Of a stretch of 64,000 nt of DNA, positions 10,540-20,646 are shown piece by piece (within the stretch, counting starts at the first letter, position 1; each line of letters opens with the position of its first letter). Under the pieces are notes generated by a model. The model did not search any database. It saw only the letters and a program-made list of their open reading frames with translations, and was not told the DNA's origin. Location of the stretch: positions 2,839,511 through 2,903,510 of the forward strand of contig CAWHDR010000001.1 of the NCBI GenBank assembly GCA_963828165.1, in the 5' to 3' direction. The DNA is from an uncultured Chloroflexia bacterium. Lineage in GTDB: Bacteria; Chloroflexota; Limnocylindria; Limnocylindrales; CSP1-4. The position numbers and the translations under genes were made by a program.

Positions 10540-11139
10540 CTACGTGCCGGACGAGGTGTCGAGCGGCGCGGTGTCGTCCGGCCCGAACGCGAAGCCGGTT
10601 CGCCGCCAATCGGCGTACTCGGCCACGAGGCCGTCCTCGTCGACCGTCAGGTCGGCCTCGAACGTCCCGCTCGCGTAGCGGTACGTGTACTCGGCGAGTC
10701 GGGTGTAGGTCTGGGCGGCCTTGACCGCGGCGAGCTCCGGGAACCGGATCCACGCTGCCTGGATCGTCTGCGACTTCCCTATCGTGAGGCCCAGGCGTCG
10801 GATCGGCAGCGTGTTCGTGGACGGGCTGCACCCTAGATCGACGTCGGTGCAGCCTCGAAGGGCGCGCGCCGCCACCCCATCGACCGTCCAGCTCCCTTTG
10901 GCGTTGCGCTCGAGGCCGATCGTTCGTGTATCGAACCCGCGGAGGTCGCGGACGTGCACGGCGGTGGTCATCCCGGCACGATCGGTGAGGACGCGGTACT
11001 CGACTCGGACGGGCAGACCATCCTCAGAGCCAAGGACCGTGCCGATCAGCGACAGAGCGCCGTCGCGCAGCGTCAGCGTGCAGTGCTCGTCGGTTGCGAT
11101 CTCATCGGATCGCCGCCACGCCACGCGTCTCGTGGTCAT
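10540..11139 (-). CDS. Putative glycolipid-binding domain protein
   Basis: GCTDVDLGCSPSTNTLPIRRL, QTYTR and LTVDEDGLVAEY motifs. Confidence 0.8.
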   Translation of the reverse strand: MTTRRVAWRRSDEIATDEHCTLTLRDGALSLIGTVLGSEDGLPVRVEYRVLTDRAGMTTAVHVRDLRGFDTRTIGLERNAKGSWTVDGVAARALRGCTDVDLGCSPSTNTLPIRRLGLTIGKSQTIQAAWIRFPELAAVKAAQTYTRLAEYTYRYASGTFEADLTVDEDGLVAEYADWRRTGFAFGPDDTAPLDTSSGT

Positions 11140-11171
11140 ACCCGAATGCCTCCGTAAGGTTGCGTCGAACC

Positions 11172-12830
11172 TTACTGCTGGCCGCCGACCTCGGCAGCAA
11201 GGTCGGCATCGAGCCGGCGCGACGACTCCACCTCGGCTAGAGCTCGACTCCGCGATTGGCCGGTCAGGGCCTCGAGGAAGGCCCCGCGGTCGATCGCGAT
11301 CAATTCGGTCGGTGTCAGGGCGGTCACCGTCGCCGTCCGCGGGATCTCGCGCAGGAGCGCGATCTCCCCGAAACTGTCGCCGGTGATGAGCCGGCGCTGG
11401 ACACCACCTGGCGTCGAGACGTCGACTTCACCGGCCAGGATCACGTAGAAGCGATCGCCGATCTCGCCGGCGGCGACGATCGTCCGGCCCGTCTCGACCT
11501 CGACCATGGCCGAGCTCGTGGTGAGTCGTTCCAGGACCGTCGCCGAGAGCGGTCCGAACATCGGCACACGTCGCATCGCGCGCAGCTGGCGCGCGCGGCT
11601 CGGGACCAGGCGGTCCGCTCGGATCAGCGTCGGCGCGGCGATCGCCACCACGGCGCCAAACGCCAGGCCGCACACGACGATCGCCGCCATGGGTCCGAAC
11701 GCCACGATGAGCAACGGTACGGCCAACGCGCCTAGCGACTGCGAGGCCATCATGATCGACTCCATGACGCCGAAGACCCGGCTCATCACGTCGTCCCCGG
11801 CCAGTCGCTGGGCGAGCGTCAACGCCTCCACGTACACGAACGCCCAGCCGACCCCGGACACCACGACCAGCCCCAGGACCACGATCGGGGTCGGCTCCAA
11901 GCCGATCGCGGCGACGGACACGGCGAAGAGGGCGCCCGCGCCCACGTAGATCGCGGCAAGGCGTTCCCGGCCCATGAGCAAGCCCGTTACGCCGGCACCA
12001 ACGACCGAGCCAAGCCCGGCCACGGCGGCCAGGTACCCGATCGAGCTCTCATCGCCGCCGAGAAGCTCGATGGCGATGACGGTCATCAGGACATTGAACG
12101 CCCCCAGGAGGGCGATAGCGCCGCCAAGGATCGCGACGACAGCGAGGAGCCGTCGATCCCCCAGGATCGTGCGCAGGCCGGCGCCAAGCTCGGTGAACAG
12201 CCTCTCACGGGGTTGGACAGCCACGGGGACGACCCGTGGGCGAGCCGCTCTGGCGAGCGGAAGGACCACCAAGAACGACGCCAGGGTGAATAGCGCCAGC
12301 GCCGCATACACCGCGGCGGCACCGCCGATCCCCACGAGGAGCCCGGCGAGGAGCGGACCGATGAGGGCGCCGAGGCCCTCGACCGCCCCTGAGGCGGCGT
12401 TCGCAACGGCCAGCGACTCGGGTGCCTCCGCCACCTCCGGCAGGAGCGCCGCATGGGCCGGCCTGACGAGCGTGATGCTCGTCGCCGCGAGCATGGCCAT
12501 CACGTACGCGATGAATGATGGGGCGAACGCAAGAGCCACGGCGGCACCGCCCATGGCCAGCGCTACGATCGCGTAGGCGGCGGTGAGAACCTGGGCTCGT
12601 GGGCGTCGATCGCCGAACACGGACGCCGCCGGCGCTACCACGACCGACGGGAGAAACACCACGCCGGCGACGATCCCCGCTTCGACCGCGCCACCGCGCG
12701 AATAGGCGTACACGAGGAGACCGATCCACGAGGCCCACTCCGCGACGCTGAAGGCAAGGAACGCCGGGACGAGCCGCCGTAGCGCCGGCAGCCGAAGGAC
12801 CGCATGAACCGTTACCAGGGCGGCAGACAC
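11172..12830 (-). CDS. MFS transporter fused to cyclic-nucleotide-binding domain
   Basis: About 12 TM helices followed by GDRFYVILAGEV...GDSFGEIALL...PRTATV. Confidence 0.88.
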   Translation of the reverse strand: MSAALVTVHAVLRLPALRRLVPAFLAFSVAEWASWIGLLVYAYSRGGAVEAGIVAGVVFLPSVVVAPAASVFGDRRPRAQVLTAAYAIVALAMGGAAVALAFAPSFIAYVMAMLAATSITLVRPAHAALLPEVAEAPESLAVANAASGAVEGLGALIGPLLAGLLVGIGGAAAVYAALALFTLASFLVVLPLARAARPRVVPVAVQPRERLFTELGAGLRTILGDRRLLAVVAILGGAIALLGAFNVLMTVIAIELLGGDESSIGYLAAVAGLGSVVGAGVTGLLMGRERLAAIYVGAGALFAVSVAAIGLEPTPIVVLGLVVVSGVGWAFVYVEALTLAQRLAGDDVMSRVFGVMESIMMASQSLGALAVPLLIVAFGPMAAIVVCGLAFGAVVAIAAPTLIRADRLVPSRARQLRAMRRVPMFGPLSATVLERLTTSSAMVEVETGRTIVAAGEIGDRFYVILAGEVDVSTPGGVQRRLITGDSFGEIALLREIPRTATVTALTPTELIAIDRGAFLEALTGQSRSRALAEVESSRRLDADLAAEVGGQQ

Positions 12831-12843
12831 CTGTACCTGGCGC

Positions 12844-13794
12844 TCAAAGGGTGGCGAGGAAGTCGTTGATCTCCTTGGCCAGCCGCTCGGGTTCCGAGAA
12901 GTGGAGGCTGTGATCGCCACCCTGGAACACCACGAGCCTGCCGCGCGGTACCGACAACGCAAGCTCAGTCTGGGCGCGGTCCCAAAGCGCGTCCAACGCG
13001 GGGCCGGGCCAGTCGCGCGGCCACGGGGCATTCCCGCTATGCCATTTCGTCCCCGCGACGACAAGGGTGGGCACGTCGGGGATCCCCGCCGCTGCCACGA
13101 GGGGCTCGCTGGCGACTTCGTCCATCGGTGGCTCGATGGTCTGGAATGACTCGACCTCTTCGGCGCGTTGCTCTGGTGTGAGCAGCGCCAGCATTCCCCG
13201 GTGGAACTCTGGCGTCAGCGTTTCGACGAGGACGAGCCCCTGAACCTCCGACGGGTAGGCTGAAGCGAAGAGGCGGACGTTGTAGCCGCCGAAGGAGCGC
13301 CCGACCAGGACATACGGCGGCTCCAGGGCCGCTGCGAGAAGGAGCTTGTGCAAGTCTTCGGCCGCGGTCGCGCTGGTCCGGGGACCGGTTACGTGCCCAC
13401 TCTCGCCCAGGTTGGCTCGGTCGTAGGTGCACCGTCGATAGGTGTTGTCGATGAGGCCGATGAAGTCCTTGCGGCTGCGGTTCCAACTCGCCCCCGTGCT
13501 CCCCGAGCCCGCCTCGAACAGCACGACCGGACCATGCGATCCGCGACACTCCAGGTAGAGCGAGTACCCGCCGACGTCGTACATGCCGGCGAGGTCTGGC
13601 TTGCGGGGATCCGTTGTCGATGTCCCCGTGCTCGGGCTGTCCGGTGAACGTGCCGTTGGGCCAGGCGTCGCCGTTGGAACCGGACCGGTCGAACCACATG
13701 CGGCCGTGATCAGCGCGATCGCCACCAACGCCACCAGCCAGGCTACAGGGCTCAGGGCTGACCATCTGTCACGGATTCGACCGCGGATCTGCAC
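12844..13794 (-). CDS. Alpha/beta hydrolase lipoprotein
   Basis: Lipobox [19 protein letters not shown] nucleophile and GDHSLH. Confidence 0.82.
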   Translation of the reverse strand: MQIRGRIRDRWSALSPVAWLVALVAIALITAACGSTGPVPTATPGPTARSPDSPSTGTSTTDPRKPDLAGMYDVGGYSLYLECRGSHGPVVLFEAGSGSTGASWNRSRKDFIGLIDNTYRRCTYDRANLGESGHVTGPRTSATAAEDLHKLLLAAALEPPYVLVGRSFGGYNVRLFASAYPSEVQGLVLVETLTPEFHRGMLALLTPEQRAEEVESFQTIEPPMDEVASEPLVAAAGIPDVPTLVVAGTKWHSGNAPWPRDWPGPALDALWDRAQTELALSVPRGRLVVFQGGDHSLHFSEPERLAKEINDFLATL

Positions 13795-13894
13795 GGATCG
13801 ACTCTACGCCCCGCAAGCCGAGCTGCTCGTAGAACCGTCTCGATGCCGCGAGATCCTTGACGGCGAGACTGACCGAAAATGCGCCGAGGTCCAT
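13769..13894 (-). pseudogene. 5' stump of VOC/glyoxalase gene
   Basis: Hand translation gives [27 protein letters not shown], then unrelated sequence and a stop at 41 aa. Confidence 0.7.
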
Positions 13895-14080
13895 CGGGGT
13901 TCTTCCCGGAAGCGGCCATTGCGGGCGGGGCCGCCGACCAAGTGTACCGACGCTTCATGCCTCCGGATGACGCCGAGCGATCCCTGCAACGGAGGTGCAA
14001 GCCGGGCTTGGGGGTCGCCGAGGACGGATTGACGGCATGGCGCCGAGACTGGACTCGACCCCCGGAGAATGGAGGCGGAT

Positions 14081-14836
14081 ATGTATGAGCGAGAGGCGGG
14101 TCGGGGCCAGCAGGATGCCGCGCGATCGAGCCAGCGCCCAGGCGACAGCCAGCGAGACGCATACGACCCTTCGGAACGAGGCGAGATGACGCGACGGGAC
14201 CCATCGTCGGCGGAGCGCCGCGAAGGGGCATGGGACCAGGGTGAGCAGGGCGGCTGGACGGGATATGTAGTCCCGTATCGCTATTACGGTCCCGGTTATC
14301 GCGGCGTCGGCTACTACTCCGTGATGTACCAGGGTTCCGACGGAGGCGACGATCAACCGCAGCAACAGGGCCGGTGGCAGCAGGCGCGGCCGGCCGACAG
14401 CCAGCAGTCCGGTGGCCGGTGGACCGGTGGGTTCGCGGGGCGTGGCCCGAAGGGCTACCAGCGCTCGGACGAGCGGATCCGTGAAGAGGTCAGCGACCGG
14501 CTGATGGCTGATGACAGGATCGACGCGTCTGAGATCGAGGTCATCGTCAAGGACGGCGAAGTCACCCTGCAGGGCACCGTTGACGACCGCTGGGCAAAGC
14601 GACGGGCTGAGGACATGGTCGAACAGGTCATGGGCGTCCGAGACGTCATGAATCAGATCCGCGTGGAACCGGGGGCGGGCGCGAGTTCGCAGAGGACGTC
14701 GAGCACGCAACGATCCCGGACGCCGACGTCGACAGGGAGTTCGGCAGGCTCGAGGGACCAGACGACATCCAGGTCTGGCGACGAGCAGGCGACTGGCACG
14801 AACGGCCGGCGACGGACGACGACGACGTCCCGCTGA
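14081..14836 (+). CDS. BON domain protein with low-complexity flanks
   Basis: GRGPKGYQRSDERIREEV...EVTLQGTVDDRWAKRRAEDMVEQVMGVRDVMNQIRV. GGAGG RBS. Confidence 0.88.
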   Translation: MYEREAGRGQQDAARSSQRPGDSQRDAYDPSERGEMTRRDPSSAERREGAWDQGEQGGWTGYVVPYRYYGPGYRGVGYYSVMYQGSDGGDDQPQQQGRWQQARPADSQQSGGRWTGGFAGRGPKGYQRSDERIREEVSDRLMADDRIDASEIEVIVKDGEVTLQGTVDDRWAKRRAEDMVEQVMGVRDVMNQIRVEPGAGASSQRTSSTQRSRTPTSTGSSAGSRDQTTSRSGDEQATGTNGRRRTTTTSR

Positions 14837-14855
14837 CACCGGTCGCGTAAACGAT

Positions 14856-14883
14856 GAGGCCCCGCCCGATCGGGCGGGGCCTC
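14856..14883. terminator. Perfect 28-bp palindrome, bidirectional terminator candidate
   Basis: GAGGCCCCGCCCGATCGGGCGGGGCCTC between convergent genes. Confidence 0.75.
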
Positions 14884-14891
14884 GGTGTGTC

Positions 14892-16079
14892 TCAGTCCGG
14901 GTGGCGGGCGATGGCGTCCAGGTAGACGGCTCGCGCCGCCAGCAACTCCCGGACGCCGTCGACATCACGGTCGAACTGCTCTGATCGATAGGTCGGGTCC
15001 GAGATCGCCAACCCGCTGAAGTACAAGCCCACGATCCCTCCCAGGACCGCGCTGACGACGAGCAGCTCGGCCGAGATGGTTCGCGGTTCGTTGGCCAATG
15101 AAAACTCGATGACGATGCGCGGCAGGGTCCCGATCCAGCCGGCCTGGACTTCTCCCGGGATGGCCAGCACGGCAAACACCACCAGGAAGGCCATCACGAT
15201 CAGCGCGACCGCGACGACCTGAAGGAGCTGCGGCACGACGACGAGCAAGGTCAGGTTGCTGCGGTGCAGCCACGAAAGCCGCGGCAGACCGACCAGCGCA
15301 GGGCTGGCGACGGCAGCGAGCGGTGCGACCGGTGTCGCCGCCGCGCTCTCGAGGATCGCTTCTCGATGGAGCTCGTCGCCGAGCCGCCTGAACTCCCGGT
15401 GGAAGGCCGTGACGACGAACAGCGACGCCATGAGGAGCAGGAAGATCAGGACCAGCGCGAGCTCAGGGGCGCTCATGGCATGGGCGACCTGCCAGATCTC
15501 GGCGCCGAACAGCAGGAACACGACGAGGATCACGAGCAGCGGCAACGTGCGCGCAACGAGCTCGACGAGGTGAACCAGCTGGAGCCAGAGTCGCTCGAAC
15601 GCCCAGATCCCGATCTCGATGAGGCCGAAGCCGATGACGATGTAGATCGCCCCGATGCCCGTCAGGGCGCCGAGCGTGGCCGTGATGGCTTCGGAAACGT
15701 TCTGATCGATCAGCGCCGCCGGCAGGGCGGGCAGGAGTCCGATCGTCGCGATATCGAGCATGTCGAAGGTCGAGGGCCGCAGAGCTGCCGGCCGATGACG
15801 CAGGCGGCTGACGATCGCCCAGGCGACCCCCATCCAGGCGATCGTCGCCGCGATGCCGAGGACGTTCCAGGCCAAGGGCCATTCCGGGCGGGTGCCCCAG
15901 TCCCTGATCGTGCCGACCACGAGCCACAGCGAGATCAACGGAGCCGCCCGCGAGTCCATGGCGCGCTCGGAACTGTAGCCCTCGATCAGCTGCGGAACCC
16001 CGCGCCGTGCGAACCAGCGCTCGATGTCGCGCCGAAGCTCCGGCGTGAGCGTGGTCGGGGGCGAGTCCGGCGTCGTCAC
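14892..16079 (-). CDS. Multi-pass membrane protein, unknown function
   Basis: About 8 hydrophobic segments. TAGTCT-N7-GTG start. Confidence 0.8.
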   Translation of the reverse strand: MTTPDSPPTTLTPELRRDIERWFARRGVPQLIEGYSSERAMDSRAAPLISLWLVVGTIRDWGTRPEWPLAWNVLGIAATIAWMGVAWAIVSRLRHRPAALRPSTFDMLDIATIGLLPALPAALIDQNVSEAITATLGALTGIGAIYIVIGFGLIEIGIWAFERLWLQLVHLVELVARTLPLLVILVVFLLFGAEIWQVAHAMSAPELALVLIFLLLMASLFVVTAFHREFRRLGDELHREAILESAAATPVAPLAAVASPALVGLPRLSWLHRSNLTLLVVVPQLLQVVAVALIVMAFLVVFAVLAIPGEVQAGWIGTLPRIVIEFSLANEPRTISAELLVVSAVLGGIVGLYFSGLAISDPTYRSEQFDRDVDGVRELLAARAVYLDAIARHPD

Positions 16080-16138
16080 GGCCCGCAGACTACTCGACCA
16101 GGTTTACCGGGGCGCGGATTTGGCGTACAACTGGCGCC

Positions 16139-16321
16139 ATGACCGACGAGGACCTGCCCGCCAGCGAGGCCGCCCGAGCTCGACGTCGCGATCGCGACAT
16201 GGAGGCCGAGCGGCGGGCATTGCTGCGCCCCGGAATGGCCAAAGTCTTCCGCCAGGTCACCGAGGCCGCGGCGAAGCCGCCGAAGCCCAAGCAGCGGAAG
16301 GCGAAGCGCTCGAAGACGTAG
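16139..16321 (+). CDS. Small basic hypothetical protein
   Basis: 60-aa ORF with typical codon usage, preceded by TACAAC-N7-ATG. Confidence 0.55.
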   Translation: MTDEDLPASEAARARRRDRDMEAERRALLRPGMAKVFRQVTEAAAKPPKPKQRKAKRSKT

Positions 16322-16364
16322 CACGTCGCGGCCGATCACCTGACCGATGTCGTACCGTCCGCGC

Positions 16365-17201
16365 ATGTCCTCGAGCATCGCGCTGATCGAGACCGGGAGG
16401 CTGCCCTCCGGACACCCGTACGCGCGGATCGGCTCGGGCTCGCGGGTCGTGCTGTCCATCCCCGGTCTGTCGTTTACCGCCGATGTGTCCAAGCCCGCCT
16501 CGATCCGCCGATCGTGGAAACGCTGGCTGGAGCCGATCGAGCGGCACGACCTGACCATCGTCGACGTCGGTCGCCGGGCCGACCTCCCACCCGGCAGCTC
16601 GTCGGTGGACATCGCCGACGACTACGCCGCGGTCATCCGCGAGCGATGGGGGAGCGCGGTCGGGGTCATGGGCATCTCCACCGGTGGCGGCTACGCGCAG
16701 TGGCTGGCGAGCCGGCATCCCGAGCTCGTCGACCGCCTCGTGCTGGCGTACACCGGCCATCGCGTTCCGCCCGACGCGCAGGCGCTCGAGCGCCGAGCAG
16801 CCGACCACTTCCTGGCCGGTCGCTGGCGTTCCGGCTTCGCCCTGATGGCACCGTGGGTCGTGCCGGAGCATGCGCGGCTCGCCGGAGCGGTCGGCTGGCT
16901 GCTGGGTCCGTACATCGCCGGCCGGCCAACGGACCTGCGGGTCCTCCGGCTCGATGCCGATGCCGACGACCGGCACGACGCGACGGACGCCCTGGGTGGG
17001 ATCCGCTGCCCGACGCTCGTGATCTCGGGCGGCCGGGACCTGTTCTATCCGCCCGACCTCACACGCGAGCTCGTCGCGGGCATACCGGATGCGCGGCACA
17101 TCGATTACCCCGATGCCGGTCACGGCCGGGGTGCCCGCTTCCCGGAGGATGCCTGCGCGTTCCTCGGCGCGAACGGCGGCGGTCCCACCGGAGGGTCGTG
17201 A
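16365..17201 (+). CDS. Alpha/beta hydrolase
   Basis: GISTGG nucleophile, GGRDLF and AGHG. TACCGT-N6-ATG start. Confidence 0.85.
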   Translation: MSSSIALIETGRLPSGHPYARIGSGSRVVLSIPGLSFTADVSKPASIRRSWKRWLEPIERHDLTIVDVGRRADLPPGSSSVDIADDYAAVIRERWGSAVGVMGISTGGGYAQWLASRHPELVDRLVLAYTGHRVPPDAQALERRAADHFLAGRWRSGFALMAPWVVPEHARLAGAVGWLLGPYIAGRPTDLRVLRLDADADDRHDATDALGGIRCPTLVISGGRDLFYPPDLTRELVAGIPDARHIDYPDAGHGRGARFPEDACAFLGANGGGPTGGS

Positions 17202-17313
17202 CGGTCCGGGGTGCTCGTAGCGTCAGGCCAGCGCGACCGTACGGGATGCATGTCAAGCCCCCGGCGACAGCACTGACGAGGCTCTCCGTCGCCGGATGAC
17301 CGAACATATCGTC

Positions 17314-18342
17314 ATGTCCGTGATCGATTGGTTGCTCGACTCCGACCCTTCCATCCGCTGGCAGGTCAGGCGCGACCTGACGCACGAGCCCCCCGACGTC
17401 ATCGCCGCCGAGCGGTCGCGCGTCGCGACGGAGGGCTGGGGCGCTCGGCTGCTCGCACTCCAGGCGCCGGACGGCATGTGGGGCGGCCGGCCCTGGTCAC
17501 AGGACTGGACCGACACGTTCCACGTCCTGGAGCTCCTGCGCCGGTTCGGGCTCGATCCAGACAGCGAGCAGGCCCGGAGGGCGGTCGCCCTCGTCAGCGA
17601 ACACGTCACGTGGCGGGTTCCTGAGTTCGAGACCCCGTGGTCCGACCACCGCTTCTTCGAGGGCGAGGTCGAGCCGTGCATCAACGGCAACGTCGTCGCC
17701 AACGGCGCGTACTTCGGCGTGGACATGTCGACGCTCGTCGACCGGCTCCTGGGCGAGCAGCTGCCGGACGGCGGCTGGAACTGCGAGGTCGAGAACGGTG
17801 CGACGGTGTCGTCGTTCGGGACGACGATCAACGTGCTCGAGGGCCTGCTCGAGCACGAGCGGGCAGTCGGTGGATCGGCCGAGGTGGCCGCGGCACGCCG
17901 ACGGGGCGAGGAATACCTGCTGGAGCGCCGGCTGTTCCGGCGCAAGTCGACGGGCGAGGTGATCGATCCCGGCTGGCTCGGGTTCTCGTTCCCCCACTGG
18001 TATTTCTACGACGTCCTCCGCGGTCTCGAGCACCTGCGCGCCGCCGGGGTGGAGCCCGACGAGCGCGTCGCCGAGGCCGTCACGGTCGTCGAGGGCAACC
18101 GGGACGCCGACGGCCGCTGGCCGCTCCAGAACGTCCACGAGGGCGATACGCACTTCGAGATGGAGGACGGGGAGGACCAGCCGAGCCGCTGGAACACGCT
18201 CCGTGCCCTGCGCGTGCTCGACTGGGCCGGCGCCGCCACCCATGCCGATCGGCGAGCACCCGCCGACGCGGCCGCGCTCCAGTCCGAGCCCGCTCGACCG
18301 CGACGCCTGGCTCGCGTCGTTGGCCAAGCGGGGCTAGGGTAG
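17314..18342 (+). CDS. Prenyltransferase/squalene-cyclase-repeat protein
   Basis: WLLDSDPSIRWQV, QAPDGMWGG, QLPDGGWNCE, RDADGRW and PSRWNTLRAL (QW-like repeats). Confidence 0.82.
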   Translation: MSVIDWLLDSDPSIRWQVRRDLTHEPPDVIAAERSRVATEGWGARLLALQAPDGMWGGRPWSQDWTDTFHVLELLRRFGLDPDSEQARRAVALVSEHVTWRVPEFETPWSDHRFFEGEVEPCINGNVVANGAYFGVDMSTLVDRLLGEQLPDGGWNCEVENGATVSSFGTTINVLEGLLEHERAVGGSAEVAAARRRGEEYLLERRLFRRKSTGEVIDPGWLGFSFPHWYFYDVLRGLEHLRAAGVEPDERVAEAVTVVEGNRDADGRWPLQNVHEGDTHFEMEDGEDQPSRWNTLRALRVLDWAGAATHADRRAPADAAALQSEPARPRRLARVVGQAGLG

Positions 18343-18381
18343 GCATCCGATCACAGGCCCGCGACGGGCCGGGAGGACCCC

Positions 18382-18939
18382 ATGACGACCGAACGCACAC
18401 CCGTCAATGAACGGCCTTTGATCGACGACCAGCCCGACACGACCCCGTGGGCACTCGCGCGAGAACGCCTCGCGAACCCCGCGCCAGGCCAGACGAGCTG
18501 GCTCGCCACCGTGCGACCCGATGGCAGCCCGCACCTGATGCCGATCATCGCCTTCTGGATCGACGACGCGTTCCACTTCGTCGTCAGCGAGGGGACCCGG
18601 AAGGGGCGCAACCTCGCCGCGGATGGACGCTGCGTGGTGGCGACCGGGAGCACGACGCTCCCGTCGCTGGACCTCATCGTGGAGGGGCACGCCAAGCCGA
18701 TCGACGACGAGGCAGCGGTCAAGCGGATCGCGGACATGCTCAACGGCAACAACTGGCCACTGGAGGCGCGCGGCGACCAGGTCTTCGGTCCCAACGCCCC
18801 GACGGCCGGGCCGCCGCCGTATTCGATCTACCGGTTGATTCCCTCGAAGGTGTTCGGCCTCCCAGGGATGCTCGGGATGGAGAAGTACGACCGAACCGAC
18901 CTTCCGAAGCCGACGCGCTGGGAGTTCGACGGCGCCTGA
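18382..18939 (+). CDS. Pyridoxamine 5'-phosphate oxidase family (flavin/F420 split barrel)
   Basis: WLATVRPDGSPH and TRKGRNL motifs. Confidence 0.85.
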   Translation: MTTERTPVNERPLIDDQPDTTPWALARERLANPAPGQTSWLATVRPDGSPHLMPIIAFWIDDAFHFVVSEGTRKGRNLAADGRCVVATGSTTLPSLDLIVEGHAKPIDDEAAVKRIADMLNGNNWPLEARGDQVFGPNAPTAGPPPYSIYRLIPSKVFGLPGMLGMEKYDRTDLPKPTRWEFDGA

Positions 18940-18940
18940 A

Positions 18941-19720
18941 TCATGGTGGCGCAAGCCCGCAGTCGGGCGTCGTGCACAGCTCCAGACCGAGCGCGTCCAG
19001 GCCCTCGGCCAAGGGCGTGAAACCGAGCAGCCCACCGAAGCTCCGACTGGTCACGCCGGCCGGCAGTCCGCGAACCAGCACGGCACCGCCTGAGTCACCT
19101 ACGCCGACCTCGATGTCCGCTGCCGCGACGATGCAGGGGAAATAGTCGCCGTCGGCGCTGGGGTCATGGAGATACTCGCCGGACTCCGCCACCGTGCCGA
19201 CGCGGTAGATGTCGCGCCCGTTGATCTCGACGGGGTCGCCGATCTCGATGTCCGCGCATGAAAGCGGCGGCGTCGTCGCGTCGATGACGCGCACCCCACC
19301 CTCGCCCATGTCGACAACGTTGAGGCGGCCCCACGGGATGCGATCGGGTGCCACGACGAGATAGTTCATGTCCGATGGCCGGCACGTATGCCCCTCGTGC
19401 GGGCACGGCGCGAGCACGGCGGCCGGCCCGAACACGCCCCGCACCGTGCGACCGTCGGGGTCCAGGGCCGTCATGCCCTCCGAGGCGCAATGAGCCGACG
19501 AGGTGAGGACGATCGTGTCGTCCTTGCTGGCGTAGAAGCCGGCGGCACAGGAGCCCCAGAGCTGGCGCCCGGCCAGGACCGGCGGTTCGCCCGCCGGCAC
19601 CGTGAGCGACGAGAATGGGTTCCTGACGAACAGGACCCCGACGACGATGATGACTGCAGCGGCCCCTGCGAGCAGGAACGGGCGGGCGCTCAGACGGGCT
19701 GGTCGGCTTCGAAGGGTCAG
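18941..19720 (-). CDS. Membrane-anchored trypsin-like (S1) serine protease; start uncertain (possible CTG)
   Basis: N-terminal TM helix, LTSSAHC (His), GDSGG (Ser). Confidence 0.75.
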   Translation of the reverse strand: MTLRSRPARLSARPFLLAGAAAVIIVVGVLFVRNPFSSLTVPAGEPPVLAGRQLWGSCAAGFYASKDDTIVLTSSAHCASEGMTALDPDGRTVRGVFGPAAVLAPCPHEGHTCRPSDMNYLVVAPDRIPWGRLNVVDMGEGGVRVIDATTPPLSCADIEIGDPVEINGRDIYRVGTVAESGEYLHDPSADGDYFPCIVAAADIEVGVGDSGGAVLVRGLPAGVTSRSFGGLLGFTPLAEGLDALGLELCTTPDCGLAPP

Positions 19721-20547
19721 GGCACGAACAGCGACGCCGGCAGCGACGGACCGTTGAATCGATCGAGATCGACGGCTCCGTTGATCCCCGGCACAGCGCC
19801 CATGCTCGAGTGCTGCCAGAACGACCAGCCATGGCCGGCCCAGCCGCCGGCCGGGACGGCCGGCTGACTCGCGGTCGTCCAGTGCGCGATCCACAGGACC
19901 GAATAGCCGTTCCGCGCGAACCAGTCGGTGTTCGCCATGGACGTGGACCAGAACGTCGGGTTCGTGTAGATGATCGGTCGCACACCAGTCGCGGCCGTGA
20001 CCTGCGACAGCCACGTCTGTGCCCACGTCGCCAGCGATACCGGGTCGAGGCCGTTGGCAGTCTCGAAGTCGAGCACCGGCAGGAGGTCGCCTGACGCGAT
20101 CGCGGCATTTCGAAGGAACCAAGCCGCCTCGTTGCCCGCGTCGTTGAACGCCATATCCGGGTTGGCAAAGTGGTACGACCCGACAGACATGCCCGCTGCC
20201 CGCGCCCCCGAACTGTTCGCCCAATAGGCCGTATCCGCCGTCAGCGTGCCTGCGGTCGCACGAACGAACGCGAAGCGCTTGCCGGCGGTCGCGACCTGCG
20301 GCCAGTTGATCGGCCCTTGGTGGTAGCTCACGTCGATGCCGTCGACGTAAGCGGGCGTCGGCGTCGGGACCGGTGTCGGTGTCGGAGTCGGAGTGGGTTG
20401 AACGGTCGGCGTCGGTGTTGGAGTGGGTTGAACGGTCGGTGTCGGCCTTCGCGTGGGCTTCGGCCCCTTGGCCTCTGCCACGGAGGGCGATGCCAGGAAG
20501 ACGACGGCGACGGACATGGCGAGAAGCCCCGCGAGGAGTCGGTGCAT
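19717..20547 (-). CDS. Secreted GH25 lysozyme/muramidase with Pro/Thr linker
   Basis: Signal peptide, (PT)n linker, GIDVSYHQG, GSYHFA, VLDFE, WQHSS and VDLDRF. Confidence 0.9.
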   Translation of the reverse strand: MHRLLAGLLAMSVAVVFLASPSVAEAKGPKPTRRPTPTVQPTPTPTPTVQPTPTPTPTPVPTPTPAYVDGIDVSYHQGPINWPQVATAGKRFAFVRATAGTLTADTAYWANSSGARAAGMSVGSYHFANPDMAFNDAGNEAAWFLRNAAIASGDLLPVLDFETANGLDPVSLATWAQTWLSQVTAATGVRPIIYTNPTFWSTSMANTDWFARNGYSVLWIAHWTTASQPAVPAGGWAGHGWSFWQHSSMGAVPGINGAVDLDRFNGPSLPASLFVP

Positions 20548-20646
20548 CGGGACATGCTCGCGGGGATGGGCAACCGCGTCAAACCCCCATGGCAGGATTT
20601 CCTGGCCCGACCATCGCCGCGGCCGACCCGGTGCGATGATGCACAC

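Noticed and set aside
20352-20445. Tandem DNA repeat
   Set aside because: Explained by the Pro/Thr linker of the GH25 protein.
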